A stretch of DNA of 64,000 bases from an uncultured Actinomycetes bacterium (lineage in GTDB: Bacteria > Actinomycetota > Thermoleophilia > Gaiellales > Gaiellaceae), in the NCBI GenBank assembly GCA_963712255.1, contig CAVQHL010000029.1:5366-69365 (forward strand). Direction: 5' to 3'. Shown one piece after another: positions 9,549 to 20,347 of the stretch (position 1 is the stretch's first letter; the number at the start of each line of letters is the position of its first letter). The notes beneath the pieces were generated by a model. That model saw only the letters and a list, made by a program, of their open reading frames with translations, did no database searches and was not told the DNA's origin. The translations under genes and the position numbers were made by a program.

Positions 9549-10342
9549 CGGCGCTGTCGGGCGCGGTCGGCGACGGCCTCGTCATCGCGTGGCGGACGCT
9601 CAAGCGCGTCCCGCGGATCCCCGAGCTCGCGATCTTCGCGATCCTGCAGTCGATCATGTTCGTCGTGCTGTTCGCGTTCGTCTTCGGCGGCGCGATCCCG
9701 CTTCCCGGCGGCGGCAGCTATCGCGAGTACCTGATGCCCGGGATCTACATCCAGACGCTCGCGTTCGCGTCGATCACGACCGCGATCGCGTTCGCCGACG
9801 ACATGACGAAGGGCATCATCGACCGCTTCCGCTCGCTGCCGATGGCGCGCTCCGGGGTCCTCAGCGGGCGGACCTTCGCCGACGTCATCTACACCATGGG
9901 CATCCTCGTCGTGCTGATGCTCTCCGGCCTGGTCGTCGGCTGGCGCGTGCATTCGAGCGTCGGCGACTTCGTGCTCGCCGTCCTGCTCATGGTGTTCTTC
10001 ACGTACGCCATGGCCTGGGTCGGCGTGTACCTCGGCCTGGTCGCTCCCACGGTCGAGACCGTCCAGCAGCTCGGCTTCCTCATCATCTTCCCCCTCACGT
10101 TCCTCTCGAACGCCTTCGTCCCGACCGAGACGCTGCCGGACTGGCTCCAGCCGATCGCCGAGTGGAACCCGATCAGCGCGCTCACCCAGGCGACGAGGGA
10201 GCTGTTCGGCAACCCGAGCCCGTACCCGAGCGGCTCGTTCCCGAGCGAGCACCCGTTCCTCCTCTCGGTGCTCTGGACGGTGGCGATCCTCGCCGTGTTC
10301 GCCCCGCTCGGGGTGCGAAAGTACCGCGCGATCGACCGCTAG
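9545..10342 (+). CDS. DrrB-family ABC-2 permease
   Basis: GGAGG then ATG 9545; DMTKGIIDRFRSLPMAR, FLSNAFVP, WNPIS motifs. Confidence 0.88.
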   Translation: MTALSGAVGDGLVIAWRTLKRVPRIPELAIFAILQSIMFVVLFAFVFGGAIPLPGGGSYREYLMPGIYIQTLAFASITTAIAFADDMTKGIIDRFRSLPMARSGVLSGRTFADVIYTMGILVVLMLSGLVVGWRVHSSVGDFVLAVLLMVFFTYAMAWVGVYLGLVAPTVETVQQLGFLIIFPLTFLSNAFVPTETLPDWLQPIAEWNPISALTQATRELFGNPSPYPSGSFPSEHPFLLSVLWTVAILAVFAPLGVRKYRAIDR

Positions 10343-10381
10343 AGGCAGGCGCTCCGGCCCCGGGTACCATCCGCCCGGCTC

Positions 10382-11516
10382 ATGGATCTCGACCTCACGC
10401 CCGAGCAGGAGCTTCTCCGCGACACCGTCCGCTCGTTCGCCCGGGAGCGCGTCGCGCCCGTCGCCGAGGAGATCGACCGCGAGAGCCGCTTCCCCGTCGA
10501 GCTCGTGCGGGAGATGGCGGAGCTCGGCCTGCTCGGGATTCCGCTTCCCGATCGGTACGAGGGCGCCGGCGGCGACACCCTCGGCTATGCGATCGCGATC
10601 GAGGAGCTGACGCGGATCGACTCGTCGGTCGCGATCACGGTCGCTGCGCACACGTCGCTCGGGACGATGCCGATCTTCCTCTTCGGCTCCGACGAGCAGA
10701 AGGACCGCTGGCTCCCCGACCTGGCCTCGGGGCGGCGGCTCGCGGCCTTCGGGCTGACCGAGCCGGACGCGGGCTCGGACGCAGGCGCGACGCGCACGAC
10801 GGCCGACCTGCGCGACGGCTCGTGGATCGTCAACGGGTCGAAGATGTTCATCACGAACGCCGGCACCGAGCTGACCTGGGGCGTGACGATCACGGCGCGC
10901 ACCGGCGAGGACGAGGTCTCGACCCTCGTCGTCGAGAACGGGACGCCCGGCTACGAGATCTCCGCGCCCCTGCACAAGCTCGGCTGGAAGGCGTCCGACA
11001 CCCGTGAGCTCACCTTCGCGGACTGCGCGGTGCCGGAGGAGAACCTGCTCGGGCCGCGCGGGCGCGGCTTCCACCAGTTCCTCGAGATCCTCGACGGCGG
11101 CCGCATCTCGGTCGCCGCGATGGGCGTCGGGCTCGCCCAGGGCGCCTACGACCTCGCGTTCGCCTACGCGCAGGAGCGGAAGCAGTTCGGCAAGCCGATC
11201 GGCCGCTTCCAGGCCGTCTCGTTCAAGCTCGCCGACATGGCCGTGGAGATCGAGGCCGGCCGGCAGCTCGTCTACAAGGCGGCGTGGCTCAAGGACCAGG
11301 GCCGGCTCGTTCGCGCTCGAGGCGGCGATGGCGAAGCTCTACACGGGCGAGCTCTCACATCGCGTCGTCAACCACGCGCTCCAGATCCACGGCGGCTACG
11401 GGTTCATGGACGAGTTCCCGATCTCGCGCCTCTACCGCGACCAGAAGATCCTCGAGATCGGCGAGGGCACGAACGAGGTGCAGCGGATGGTGATCGCGAA
11501 GCACCTCGGGCTCTGA
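10382..11516 (+). CDS. Acyl-CoA dehydrogenase (frameshift near 11305)
   Basis: AFGLTEPDAGSD, NGSKMFITN, RKQFGKPI, then QIHGGYGFMDE...IGEGTNEVQR in the next frame. Confidence 0.93.
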
Positions 11517-11538
11517 GCCGGAGGCGGCGAGACCGCCG

Positions 11539-12090
11539 ATGTCCTCGAACGCTCGGATGCTTCGCACTCTCGTCTCGCTCGGCGGGGTCGCGCTCGTGGC
11601 GGTCTCGACGGGGGCCGCCCACGTGACGCTCTCGCCCGCGTTCGTCGAGGCGGGAGTCGGCTCGGCGGTCCTGTTCGAGACACCGAACGAGCGCGAGGGA
11701 CGAGCGACGACGTCGCTCCGGCTCGAGGCGCCACCCGGGGTCGAGCTCGGAGCCGTTGCGGCGCCCTCCGGGTGGGAGCTCGCTCTCGACGACGGCGTCG
11801 CCACCTGGACGGGCGGCCGGATCGAGGGCACCGACGTCGTCTCGTTCCCGCTCGAGGTCACCGCGCGGACAGAGCCGGGGAACCAGACCTTCCGGGCCGT
11901 CCAGCGCTACGACGACGGCGAGAGCGTGCGCTGGGAGGCATCGCTGACCGTCGTCCCGGCCACGGGCGACGATGCGCCGCCGCAGCAGCTCGGCCGCGCC
12001 GTCGCCGCCGGCACCGTGGGCCTCGCGGTGATCGGCGTCAGCCTCGTCCTCGTGTGGCGCCTGCGGCGGCGACCACTTCAGGAGAGATAG
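11539..12090 (+). CDS. YcnI/DUF1775-family membrane-anchored (copper-binding) protein
   Basis: Signal peptide followed by AHVTLSP, PNE, FRAVQRYDDGESVRW, C-terminal TM + RRR. Confidence 0.75.
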   Translation: MSSNARMLRTLVSLGGVALVAVSTGAAHVTLSPAFVEAGVGSAVLFETPNEREGRATTSLRLEAPPGVELGAVAAPSGWELALDDGVATWTGGRIEGTDVVSFPLEVTARTEPGNQTFRAVQRYDDGESVRWEASLTVVPATGDDAPPQQLGRAVAAGTVGLAVIGVSLVLVWRLRRRPLQER

Positions 12091-12116
12091 CGGAACCGGG
12101 TGCTACGGTCGCGCCC

Positions 12117-13454
12117 GTGCTCTTCGCCCAGATCCTGAACGACGACCTGGGATGCGCCTCGTACCTCGTCGGCTGCGAGGTCGCCGGGGAGGTCGCCGTC
12201 GTGGATCCCCACCTCGCGATCGAGCCGATCCTCGCCGAGGCCGAGCGCCTCGACGCCCGCATCGTGCGCACGATCGAGACGCACACGCACGCAGACCACG
12301 TCTCCGGCCACGGCCGCCTCGCGCTCGATCACGGCGTCCCGGTGACCATCCACGCGGCGGCCGGCGCCGCGTACCCGCACGATCCGATGGCGGACGGCGA
12401 CGAGATCGAGGTCGGGAACGTCGTCCTCCGGTGCATCCACACACCGGGCCACCGGCCGGAGCACTGCTGCCTCGCCGTGATCGACACGACGCGTGCGGAC
12501 GAGCCGTGGCTCGTGCTCACCGGCGACTCGCTCTTCGTGGGAGACACGGCCCGCCCCGACCTCGCGGTCGGCGCGACCGAGGGCGCGGAGGGCCTCTTCC
12601 ACTCGCTCCAGCGGCTCCTCGAGCTGCCGGATGGGGTCGAGGTGTTCCCCGGGCATGTCGCGGGCTCGCTCTGCGGCACGTCGATGAGCTCGCGGGCGTC
12701 GACGACGATCGGCTTCGAGCGGCGCTTCAATCCGATGCTCGCTCTTTCCGAGGTCGGCGCGTTCATCGCGGAGTCCGCCGGCGTCTCGGCGCCGAAGCCG
12801 CCCAACCTCGCACGCATCGTCGAGCAGAACCAGGCGGCTTTCCGGCGCACGCCCGACGCGGTACCCGAGCTCGCGGCACCGCCCGACGGCTCGCAGCTCC
12901 TCGACGTCCGTCCCGTTCCGGACCACCTCGCGGGCCATCGACCCGGCGCCGTCAACATCCCGGTCTCCGGGACGAGCTTCTCGACGAAGGCCGGCTTCGT
13001 CCTCGACGCCGACGTGCCCGTGACCGTCCTCGCGTCCGACCCGGACGAGGCGGAGCGGGCGGTCCGGGGCCTCCTCTCGGTCGCGTTCGAGGACGTCGCG
13101 GGCTACGTGCTCGGCGGCGGCGACGAGGTGACGGGCTCCGTGCGGATCGAGGCGCTCGAGGGCCTGATCGCGGAGGGCGCGACGGTGCTCGACGTCCGCG
13201 ACAAGGACGAGCGCGACGTCGGCTACATCCCCGGCAGCCGCAACGTCCCGTACCGGCTGATGCGCAGCTGCTGCCCCGACCTTCCCGAGGACCGGCCGAT
13301 CGTCACGATCTGCGGCTCGGGGCCGCGCGCCGCCATCGCGGCGAGCATCCTGCGGGCGAAGGGCCTGGACGCGCGGCCCGTCGTCGACGGCGGGATGGAC
13401 GACTGGCTCGCACGCGGCGAGACGACGGTCTCGTTCCGCCGCTGCGGCGGCTGA
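12117..13454 (+). CDS. MBL-fold persulfide dioxygenase-rhodanese fusion (CstB/Blh-like)
   Basis: ETHTHADHVSG, HTPGHRPEH, TGDSLFVGD.ARPDL, PGHVAGSLCG; two rhodanese domains, the last with CGSGPR. Confidence 0.9.
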   Translation: MLFAQILNDDLGCASYLVGCEVAGEVAVVDPHLAIEPILAEAERLDARIVRTIETHTHADHVSGHGRLALDHGVPVTIHAAAGAAYPHDPMADGDEIEVGNVVLRCIHTPGHRPEHCCLAVIDTTRADEPWLVLTGDSLFVGDTARPDLAVGATEGAEGLFHSLQRLLELPDGVEVFPGHVAGSLCGTSMSSRASTTIGFERRFNPMLALSEVGAFIAESAGVSAPKPPNLARIVEQNQAAFRRTPDAVPELAAPPDGSQLLDVRPVPDHLAGHRPGAVNIPVSGTSFSTKAGFVLDADVPVTVLASDPDEAERAVRGLLSVAFEDVAGYVLGGGDEVTGSVRIEALEGLIAEGATVLDVRDKDERDVGYIPGSRNVPYRLMRSCCPDLPEDRPIVTICGSGPRAAIAASILRAKGLDARPVVDGGMDDWLARGETTVSFRRCGG

Positions 13455-13463
13455 GCGGCCGGC

Positions 13464-16400
13464 TCAGAGCTCCCGGAGCCGCGCCGTCGCGCCGAGCGAG
13501 GCGAGCAGCTCGCGCGCCCGTGCGAGCTCCCGCTCCGCGCCCGCCGTGTCCCCCGCGTCGCGCCGTTCGCGCGCGGCCAGCAGCCGCACCTCCGCCTCGA
13601 GCTGCGGCGATCCCATTGCCTGCAGGGTCTCGGCTGCGTCCGCCGGCCGGCCGGAGTCGATCGCGAGCGCGACCTCGAGGAAGCGCGAGCCCACGGGCTC
13701 GTCGAGGCTGGCGAGCGCGCGTGGCCGGCCGATCCGCTCGAGCGTCAGCGCCAGATAGGTCATCCAGTACCCGGGCATGACCCCGGTCGGGTTCGCACGG
13801 CGGAGCTCGAGCAGCTCGTCGACGAGCGCCTCGGCCTCGTTGTCGTGTCCCGTGCGGACGAGCGTCCACGCCGCGACCGCTCCGGACGGGAAGATGGTCT
13901 GGTCGTCCCCCGCTCACGGGCGAGGGCGACCACGCGGCGGGCGCTGTCCGCTGCATCGCTCGCACGACCGTCGCGGACGAGCCCGAGCTCGCCCACCACG
14001 AACTCGAACAGCGGCTCGTGGTACTGCCCGCCGGTCCGCTCGGCATGCTCGCGACCGTCGGCCACGAGCGTCTCCGCCTCGTCCCACTGACCTGCAAGGA
14101 AGAGCGCCTCGGCGAGGTTGCCGAGGACGAACCGTCCGAACCCGTCGATCGTGCCCATTCGCTCGCACCCGACGACCGCCTCTCGCTCGACCTCGATCGC
14201 CTCCTCGATCTCGCCGAGGTCGAGAAGGACCGAGCCGAGGTTCACGTATGCGCGCGTGAGCTCGAACGGGTTCTCCCGGGTCAGGACGATCGCGTGCCGG
14301 AGATCGTCGAGCGCGGGTCCGTAGGCGCCCGTATTCGCCATCGCCGTTGCTCGGCTGACCAATGCCGCCGCGCTGACGCGAGGCGTGTCGAACTCCTCCG
14401 CGAGCGCGATCGCCCGGTCGGCGAGCCGGATCGCCTCGTCCGGGTTGCCCGCCACCATCTCGTACCGCGCCGCGTTGGCCATGACGTACGCGTGCTCGTG
14501 GTCGGGCTCGACTCCAGCGGCGAGCTCGAGCGCCCGGGCCACCCAGTCCGCTGCCGCGGCGCCGTCGCCGTGGCGCCAGCGAACATGCGAGAGGTCGATC
14601 GCGGTGACCGCCGCCTCCGTGATCGCGTTCTCGGCCACGAGCCTGTCGAAGGCGCGCTGAAGCTCCTCGTCGCCGACGTTCTCCGTGAAGCTCAGCGCCT
14701 TCCCGAGTGCCCGGAGCGCGCGCGCGTCCAGGCCGTCCGGCATCCACTCTGCGGCGCCGCGAAGCGCCCGGACCGCTGCAGGGAACGCCCCGATCGCGAA
14801 CGCACGAACGCCGGCCTCGCGGAGCGCCTCCGCGGCCCTGGGCTCGAGGTCGGACACGTCGATGCTCGCGCTCCGTGCAAGCTGGATTGCCTCGAGGTAG
14901 TGGTGCGCGAGCAGCTCGGCGCGGTCCTCGCGCCGGTCTTCCGGGAGCGACTCGATCCAGCGCGCGACACGGACGTGCCGGTCGACGCGCTCCGGACGCG
15001 GAAGCTGCCCGTACACGGCGTCCCGCACGAGCGTGTGCACGAACGAGTGCTCGGTCGCGCCGAGCACGGCCGACCGACGCTCTCGCCGCAGGAACTCCTT
15101 GCGCCCGAGCGCGCGGAGCAGCCCGTCGACGGTCTGCTCGTCCTGTGCCGAGACCGCGCGCAGCCCGTCTGACCAGACCACGCCGCCCATCACCGCTGCG
15201 TCGCGGAGCAACTCCTTCTCGGCGGGCGGCAGGAGATCGACCCGGGCCGTGACGATGCCGAGCACGCTGTCCGGCAGGCCACTCACGTCACCGCCGGACG
15301 TCTGCATCCGGACGAACTCCTCGGCGTACAGCGGGTTGCCGGCCGATCGCTCGACGACCGTCGCCCGGAGGCTCCTCGTCGGCCGGATCGCGTCCGAGAA
15401 GAGACTCCACGAGGCGAACCGTCTCGGCCTCGGGGAGCGGGCCGAGCGAGACCGTGAGCGCGTTCCGCTTGCCCCCGCCCCAGTCCGGTCGCCGCTCGAG
15501 CAGCTCGGGCCGGGCGCTCGCGACGACGAGGAGCGGCACGCCCTCGACGAGGTCGACGAGCCCGTCCACGAAATCGAGGAACCCGTCGTCGGCCCAGTGC
15601 AGGTCGTCGATCACGAGGACGAGCGGACGGCGCTCGGCGAGCGACTCGAGGAAGATCCGCCAACCGGCATAGAGCTCGGGCCGCCTGTCGCTGAGCCCGA
15701 CGTCCTCCGGCACCAGCCCGACGAGCGGCTCGAGGCTCGAGAGGACCCAGGCACGCTCCACGGCCGGCACGAGATCGTCGACGGCGGTACCGAGCTTCGC
15801 CGCCGTCACACCGGCGTCGTCGTTCTCGTGGATCCCTGCCTGCGCCTTCACGATCTCGCCGAGCGCCCAGAACGAGACGCCGTCGCCGTACGGGAGGCAG
15901 CGGCCGTAGCGCCAGGTGATGATCTCCTCGTCCTCCTCGACCGCCCGGCCGAGCTCGCCCACGAGCCGGCTCTTGCCGATCCCGGGCACGCCGACCAGCG
16001 TCACGAGCTGCGGCGAGCGGTCGACGCGCACCCGCGCGAACGCCCCGAGCAGGAGCGCGCGCTCGTTGTCGCGGCCGACGAGCGGCGACGACGGATCCTC
16101 GACGAGCCCGCCGACGCGGCCCCGCGCCTCGACCGCCTCCCACACCTCCACCGGATCCGCCTTGCCCTTGGCCTCGACGGCGGCGTGCGCCCGGTAGACG
16201 ATCACGCGCTCCGTCGCGCCGTGCGTCGCTCCCGAGACGAGGATCCCGTCGATCGGCGCCGCCGCCTGGATCCGCGCGGCGCGTGTTCATGACGTCGCCG
16301 GCGACCATCGACTCGCCCGCCTCCGGGCCGCGCGTCGACCGAGACGAGCGCCTCTCCGGTTGCGACGCCGACGCGGACGTGGAGGTCGAGCGTCTCGTCC

Positions 16401-16772
16401 CGCTCGTTGAGGTCGGCGATCGCATCGCGTGCGGCGAGCGCCGCCCGGACCGCGCGCTCGGGGTCGTCCTCGTGCGCGGTCGGCGCGCCGTAGACGGCAA
16501 CGACCGCGTCTCCGATGAACTTCTCCACGGTTCCCCCGTAGCCCTCGAGCGCGCGGCGCAGCGTCTCGTGGTAGCGGCGGAGGAGCGCGCGCACGTCCTC
16601 CGGGATCGAGCTGCTCGGCGCGGGCCGTCGACCCGACGAGGTCGACGAACACGGCGGTGACGACCTTCCGCTCCTCGCGGGCGGGAGCGTCGGCGGCGAG
16701 CGCGGCTCCGCAGCCGTTGCAGAACTGCGCGTCGTCTGGGTTATCGCGTGCACAGCTCGCGCAGAGGATCAC
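13464..16772 (-). CDS. Zinc-ribbon / class III adenylate cyclase / AAA (STAND) / TPR protein, broken by several indels
   Basis: CASCARDN...FCNGCG; VFVDLVGST; EKFIGDAV; GVPGIGKSRL; DDLHWAD; GNPLY; TPR-like C-terminal part. Confidence 0.88.
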
Positions 16773-16803
16773 GCCGCGAGTGTACGACTCCGACGTCCGG
16801 GTC

Positions 16804-18000
16804 TCAGCGCAGCCTCCGTACGGTGTACCCCCCGTCCGCGAGGGCACGGATGACCGCCTGCGAGTGCTCCTCGCCGCGCGTCTCGAGCGTCAGCTCGGCC
16901 TCCGTCTCGAGCACGCTGATGTTGCGTCCCTCGCGGTGGTGCTGGATCGCGAGGATGTTCGCGTGCTCCGAGGCGATCGTGCCGACGATGCGCGCGAGCT
17001 CTCCGGGCCGGTCGGGGATCAGCAGGGCGACGACCAGGTACCGGCCCGAGGAGGTGAGGCCGTAGCGGATCACCGAGCTCATCGTCGTCGCGTCGATGTT
17101 CCCGCCGGCGAGGATCGCGCACACCGGGCCGTCCCCGCCGACGCTACCGGCGAGGATCGCCGCGACCGGCGCGGCGCCCGCGCCCTCGACGACGAGCTTC
17201 ACGCGCTCGAGGAGGAGGACGATCGCCTGCGAGATCTCCTCGTCCTCGACCACGACGACGTCGTCGAGCAGGTCGTCGAGGATCGGTCGCGTGAGCTCGC
17301 CTGGCTGCTTGACCGCGATGCCGTCGGCAATGGTCGCGCCGCCCGGCGCCCGGCCGGCGAAGGGCGCGCACGACGCGGCCTGGACGCCGACCACGCGGAG
17401 CTCGGGTCGGAGCGCGTCGAGCGCGAGGGCGATTCCCGCCGCGAGCCCGCCGCCTCCGACCGGCACGACGATCGTGCCGGGCCCGGGCGGCAGCGCCTCG
17501 ACGAGCTCGAGGCCGAGCGTGCCCTGGCCCGCGACCACGCGCGGATCGTCGAAGGCGTGAACGAACGTCGCGCCGTCGTCCCGCTCGAGGGCGCGCGCGG
17601 CGGCGAGCGACTCCTCGAAGTCCTCGCCCACCATCTCGACGCGTGCCCCGTACCCGCGTGCCGCCTCGACCTTCGCCATCGGCGCGCCCTCGGGGACGAC
17701 GATCGTCGCGGCGATGCCTGCCTGGCGGGCCGCCCACGCGACCGCCTGGCCGTGGTTGCCGGCGCTCGCAGCGACGACGCCGGCGCGCCGCTCGTCCTCC
17801 GAGAGCTGGGCGATCGTGTTGTACGCGCCGCGAATCTTGAACGCGCCCGTCCGTTGCAGGTTCTCGGCCTTCAGGAGCACCGGCCGCCCGGCGATGCGGG
17901 AGAGCGTCTCCGACGAGTACACCGGCGTCACGCGCGCGACGCCGTCCAGGCGCTCGCGCGCCTCGCGGATCGCGTCGATGCCGGGACGCTCGGCGCTCAT
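16804..18000 (-). CDS. ilvA: Threonine ammonia-lyase (IlvA, ACT-domain type)
   Basis: [37 protein letters not shown]-terminal ACT (PDRPGEL...LETRG). Confidence 0.88.
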   Translation of the reverse strand: MSAERPGIDAIREARERLDGVARVTPVYSSETLSRIAGRPVLLKAENLQRTGAFKIRGAYNTIAQLSEDERRAGVVAASAGNHGQAVAWAARQAGIAATIVVPEGAPMAKVEAARGYGARVEMVGEDFEESLAAARALERDDGATFVHAFDDPRVVAGQGTLGLELVEALPPGPGTIVVPVGGGGLAAGIALALDALRPELRVVGVQAASCAPFAGRAPGGATIADGIAVKQPGELTRPILDDLLDDVVVVEDEEISQAIVLLLERVKLVVEGAGAAPVAAILAGSVGGDGPVCAILAGGNIDATTMSSVIRYGLTSSGRYLVVALLIPDRPGELARIVGTIASEHANILAIQHHREGRNISVLETEAELTLETRGEEHSQAVIRALADGGYTVRRLR

Positions 18001-18966
18001 CCGGACCGCTCCGTCACGGCCGCCACGACCGCGCCGACCGCCGTCAGCGGGTCGACCTCGCGCCGCTGCACGCCGGCCACGAGCTCGCGAACCTCGGGAT
18101 CCTCGGCGATCGTCCGGCGCACGCGCTCGCGGATCCGCGCGACGGCGAGCGCCTCGACCTCGCCGCTCAGGTTCCGCTCCCTCCGCGCCGCGAGCTCTCC
18201 GCGCTCCTCGAGGTCGCCGCGCCGCTTCTCGAGCGCCTCCCAGAGCTCCGCGACTCCCTCGCCGCGCAGCGCCTCGGTGAGGAGGATCGGGGGGCGCCGC
18301 TCGCGGTCGGGGTCGAGCGCGACGATCGAGCGCACCTCCTGCACCATGGTCTTCGCGGCCGGGTGGTCCATCTTGTTCACGGCGATCACGTCGGGGATCT
18401 CCATGATCCCGGCCTTGAGCGCCTGCACCGCGTCGCCGGAGCCGGGCATCAGGACGAGCAGGACGAGGTCGGCGATGCCGATCACCTCGACCTCGCTCTG
18501 GCCGGTGCCGACGGTCTCGAGGAAGACGACGTCCTTGCCGGAGGCGTCGACGAGGAGGAGCGCCTGGAGCGTCGCCTCCGCGAGCCCGCCGAGATGCCCA
18601 CGGGTGCCCATCGACCGGATGTAGACGCCGGGGTCGAGGAAGTGGTCTGCAAGACGGATCCGGTCGCCGAGGAGGGCCCCGCGCGTGAACGGGCTCGAAG
18701 GGTCGACCGACACGACTCCCACGGTGCGGTCGAGGGCGCGGACGTGGGTGACGAGCGCGCTTACCAGCGACGACTTGCCGACACCGGGCGGCCCGGTCAC
18801 GCCCACCGACGCTGCGTTGCCCGTCGAGGGATAGACGCGCCGGACGACGCCCTCGCCGATCGGGTGAGCGGTCCTCGACGAGCGAGATCGCGCGTGCGAG
18901 CGCGCGGCGGTCTCCGGCGAGGACGCCGGCGACGAGCGCGTCCTCCGTCCACTCGGGGCGTGCCAC
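17997..18966 (-). CDS. meaB: Methylmalonyl-CoA mutase-associated GTPase MeaB (frameshift near 18865)
   Basis: GVTGPPGVGKSS, VDPSSPFTRGALLGDRIR, ETVGTGQSE, KAGIMEI, VNKMD. Confidence 0.92.
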
Positions 18967-18976
18967 CGAGGGGACT

Positions 18977-20338
18977 CTACGGAGCGGGGCGGCCCTCGGC
19001 GTCGCGTGCCAGCGCGACCTCGGCCGCGGTTCCGTTCTGCTCCTGCCGGCGGGTCTCCTCGACCTCGGTCATCAGCGCGCGGAGGCGCTCGAAGCCCGCC
19101 GGCTCGCCGTTCGTGCGGTCCCGCGGCTCCGCGACGTCGGACGTCCGGGCCGTGAGCACGATCGCGAGCACGGCAGCGACGAGGTAGACGCACCCGGCGA
19201 TCGCCCAGGCCGTCCGTGCCCCCGCGGCGTCGACGAGCAGGCCGGCGCCGGCCATCGCGAGACCGAGGACGGCGTAGTAGCTCGACATCAGCACCGCGAG
19301 CGCGCGGCCGCGCATCGCGTCCGGCGCGCCGCGTTGCACGAGCACCTGGTTGCAGACGATCGCGGCGCCGTTGCCCACCGTCGCGACGCCCGCGAGCACC
19401 GCCGCAACGGCGATCGTCGGCGACGCCGAGGCGATGCCGAAGCCGACGCCCATCACGAGCAGTGCGCCGCCGTACACCCGCGTCATGCCGAGCCGCCCGA
19501 GCGCGGACGCGGCGAAGAAGCTGCCGAAGATCAGGCCGACCCCGGTCGACGCGACGAGGAAGCCGAGCCCGAGGTTGCCGGCGCCGATCTCGTTCTTGGC
19601 GAACGGGACCTCGGCGACGTTGACGAATGCCGTCGCGACTCCGGCCGTGGTCCATACGACGAGCACCGTGACGAGGTGGCGCGAGTGGAAGACGACCGAG
19701 AGCCCGTCGCGGAGGTCGGCCCAGTGGCCCCGCGTGATCGGGGCGTCCGAGCGAAGCGCCCTGGCCGGGATCCGGCTGACGATCAGGGCCGAGAGGACGA
19801 ACGTCCCGGCGTTCGCCCAGTACGCGATCTCGGGGCCCGATGCGGCGAGGAGCCCGCCGGCGAGGATCGGGCCGAGCGTCCACGCGATGTGCTCGACGGT
19901 CGTGAGGAGCGAGGTTGCCTGCTCGCGCTCGTCCTCGGAGACGAGGTTCGGCATCCCTGCCCAGACGGCCGGGCGGAAGAAGCCCGTCGCGATGCCGTTG
20001 ACCCCGGCCAGCGCGACGATCGCGGCCGGGTCGTCGACGAACGGCAGCGCCGCGAAGGTTCCCGCCCGCACCAGATCCGAGACGATCATCAGCCGGCGAC
20101 GCGAGAGGCGGTCGACGAGCGGCCCGAGCGTCACGCCGATGACGACGATCGGCAGGAAGTCCGCGATCAGGAGGGCTGCGAGCCAGCGACCGGAGTCGGT
20201 CCGGTCGAGGATGTCGACCGAGAGCGCGAGTGCCGCGAAGTACGTCCCGACGGCCGAGCCGGCCGTCGCCCAGAACAGCAGGGCAAATCCCCGGTTGCGG
20301 CGGAGTAGGGACAGACGGCGTGTGGCGCCAAGGGCCAC
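18977..20338 (-). CDS. MFS transporter (EntS/Tap-like)
   Basis: GPLVDRLSRRRLMIVSDLVRA, FFRPA, PDAMRGR; ~12 TM segments. Confidence 0.88.
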   Translation of the reverse strand: MALGATRRLSLLRRNRGFALLFWATAGSAVGTYFAALALSVDILDRTDSGRWLAALLIADFLPIVVIGVTLGPLVDRLSRRRLMIVSDLVRAGTFAALPFVDDPAAIVALAGVNGIATGFFRPAVWAGMPNLVSEDEREQATSLLTTVEHIAWTLGPILAGGLLAASGPEIAYWANAGTFVLSALIVSRIPARALRSDAPITRGHWADLRDGLSVVFHSRHLVTVLVVWTTAGVATAFVNVAEVPFAKNEIGAGNLGLGFLVASTGVGLIFGSFFAASALGRLGMTRVYGGALLVMGVGFGIASASPTIAVAAVLAGVATVGNGAAIVCNQVLVQRGAPDAMRGRALAVLMSSYYAVLGLAMAGAGLLVDAAGARTAWAIAGCVYLVAAVLAIVLTARTSDVAEPRDRTNGEPAGFERLRALMTEVEETRRQEQNGTAAEVALARDAEGRPAP

Positions 20339-20347
20339 GCGCGGACG

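Noticed and set aside
8519-10342. Apparent 607-aa ATPase-permease fusion
   Set aside because: The junction has GGAGG and an ATGA overlap giving ...EEDA* in the adjacent frame; one indel explains the fusion
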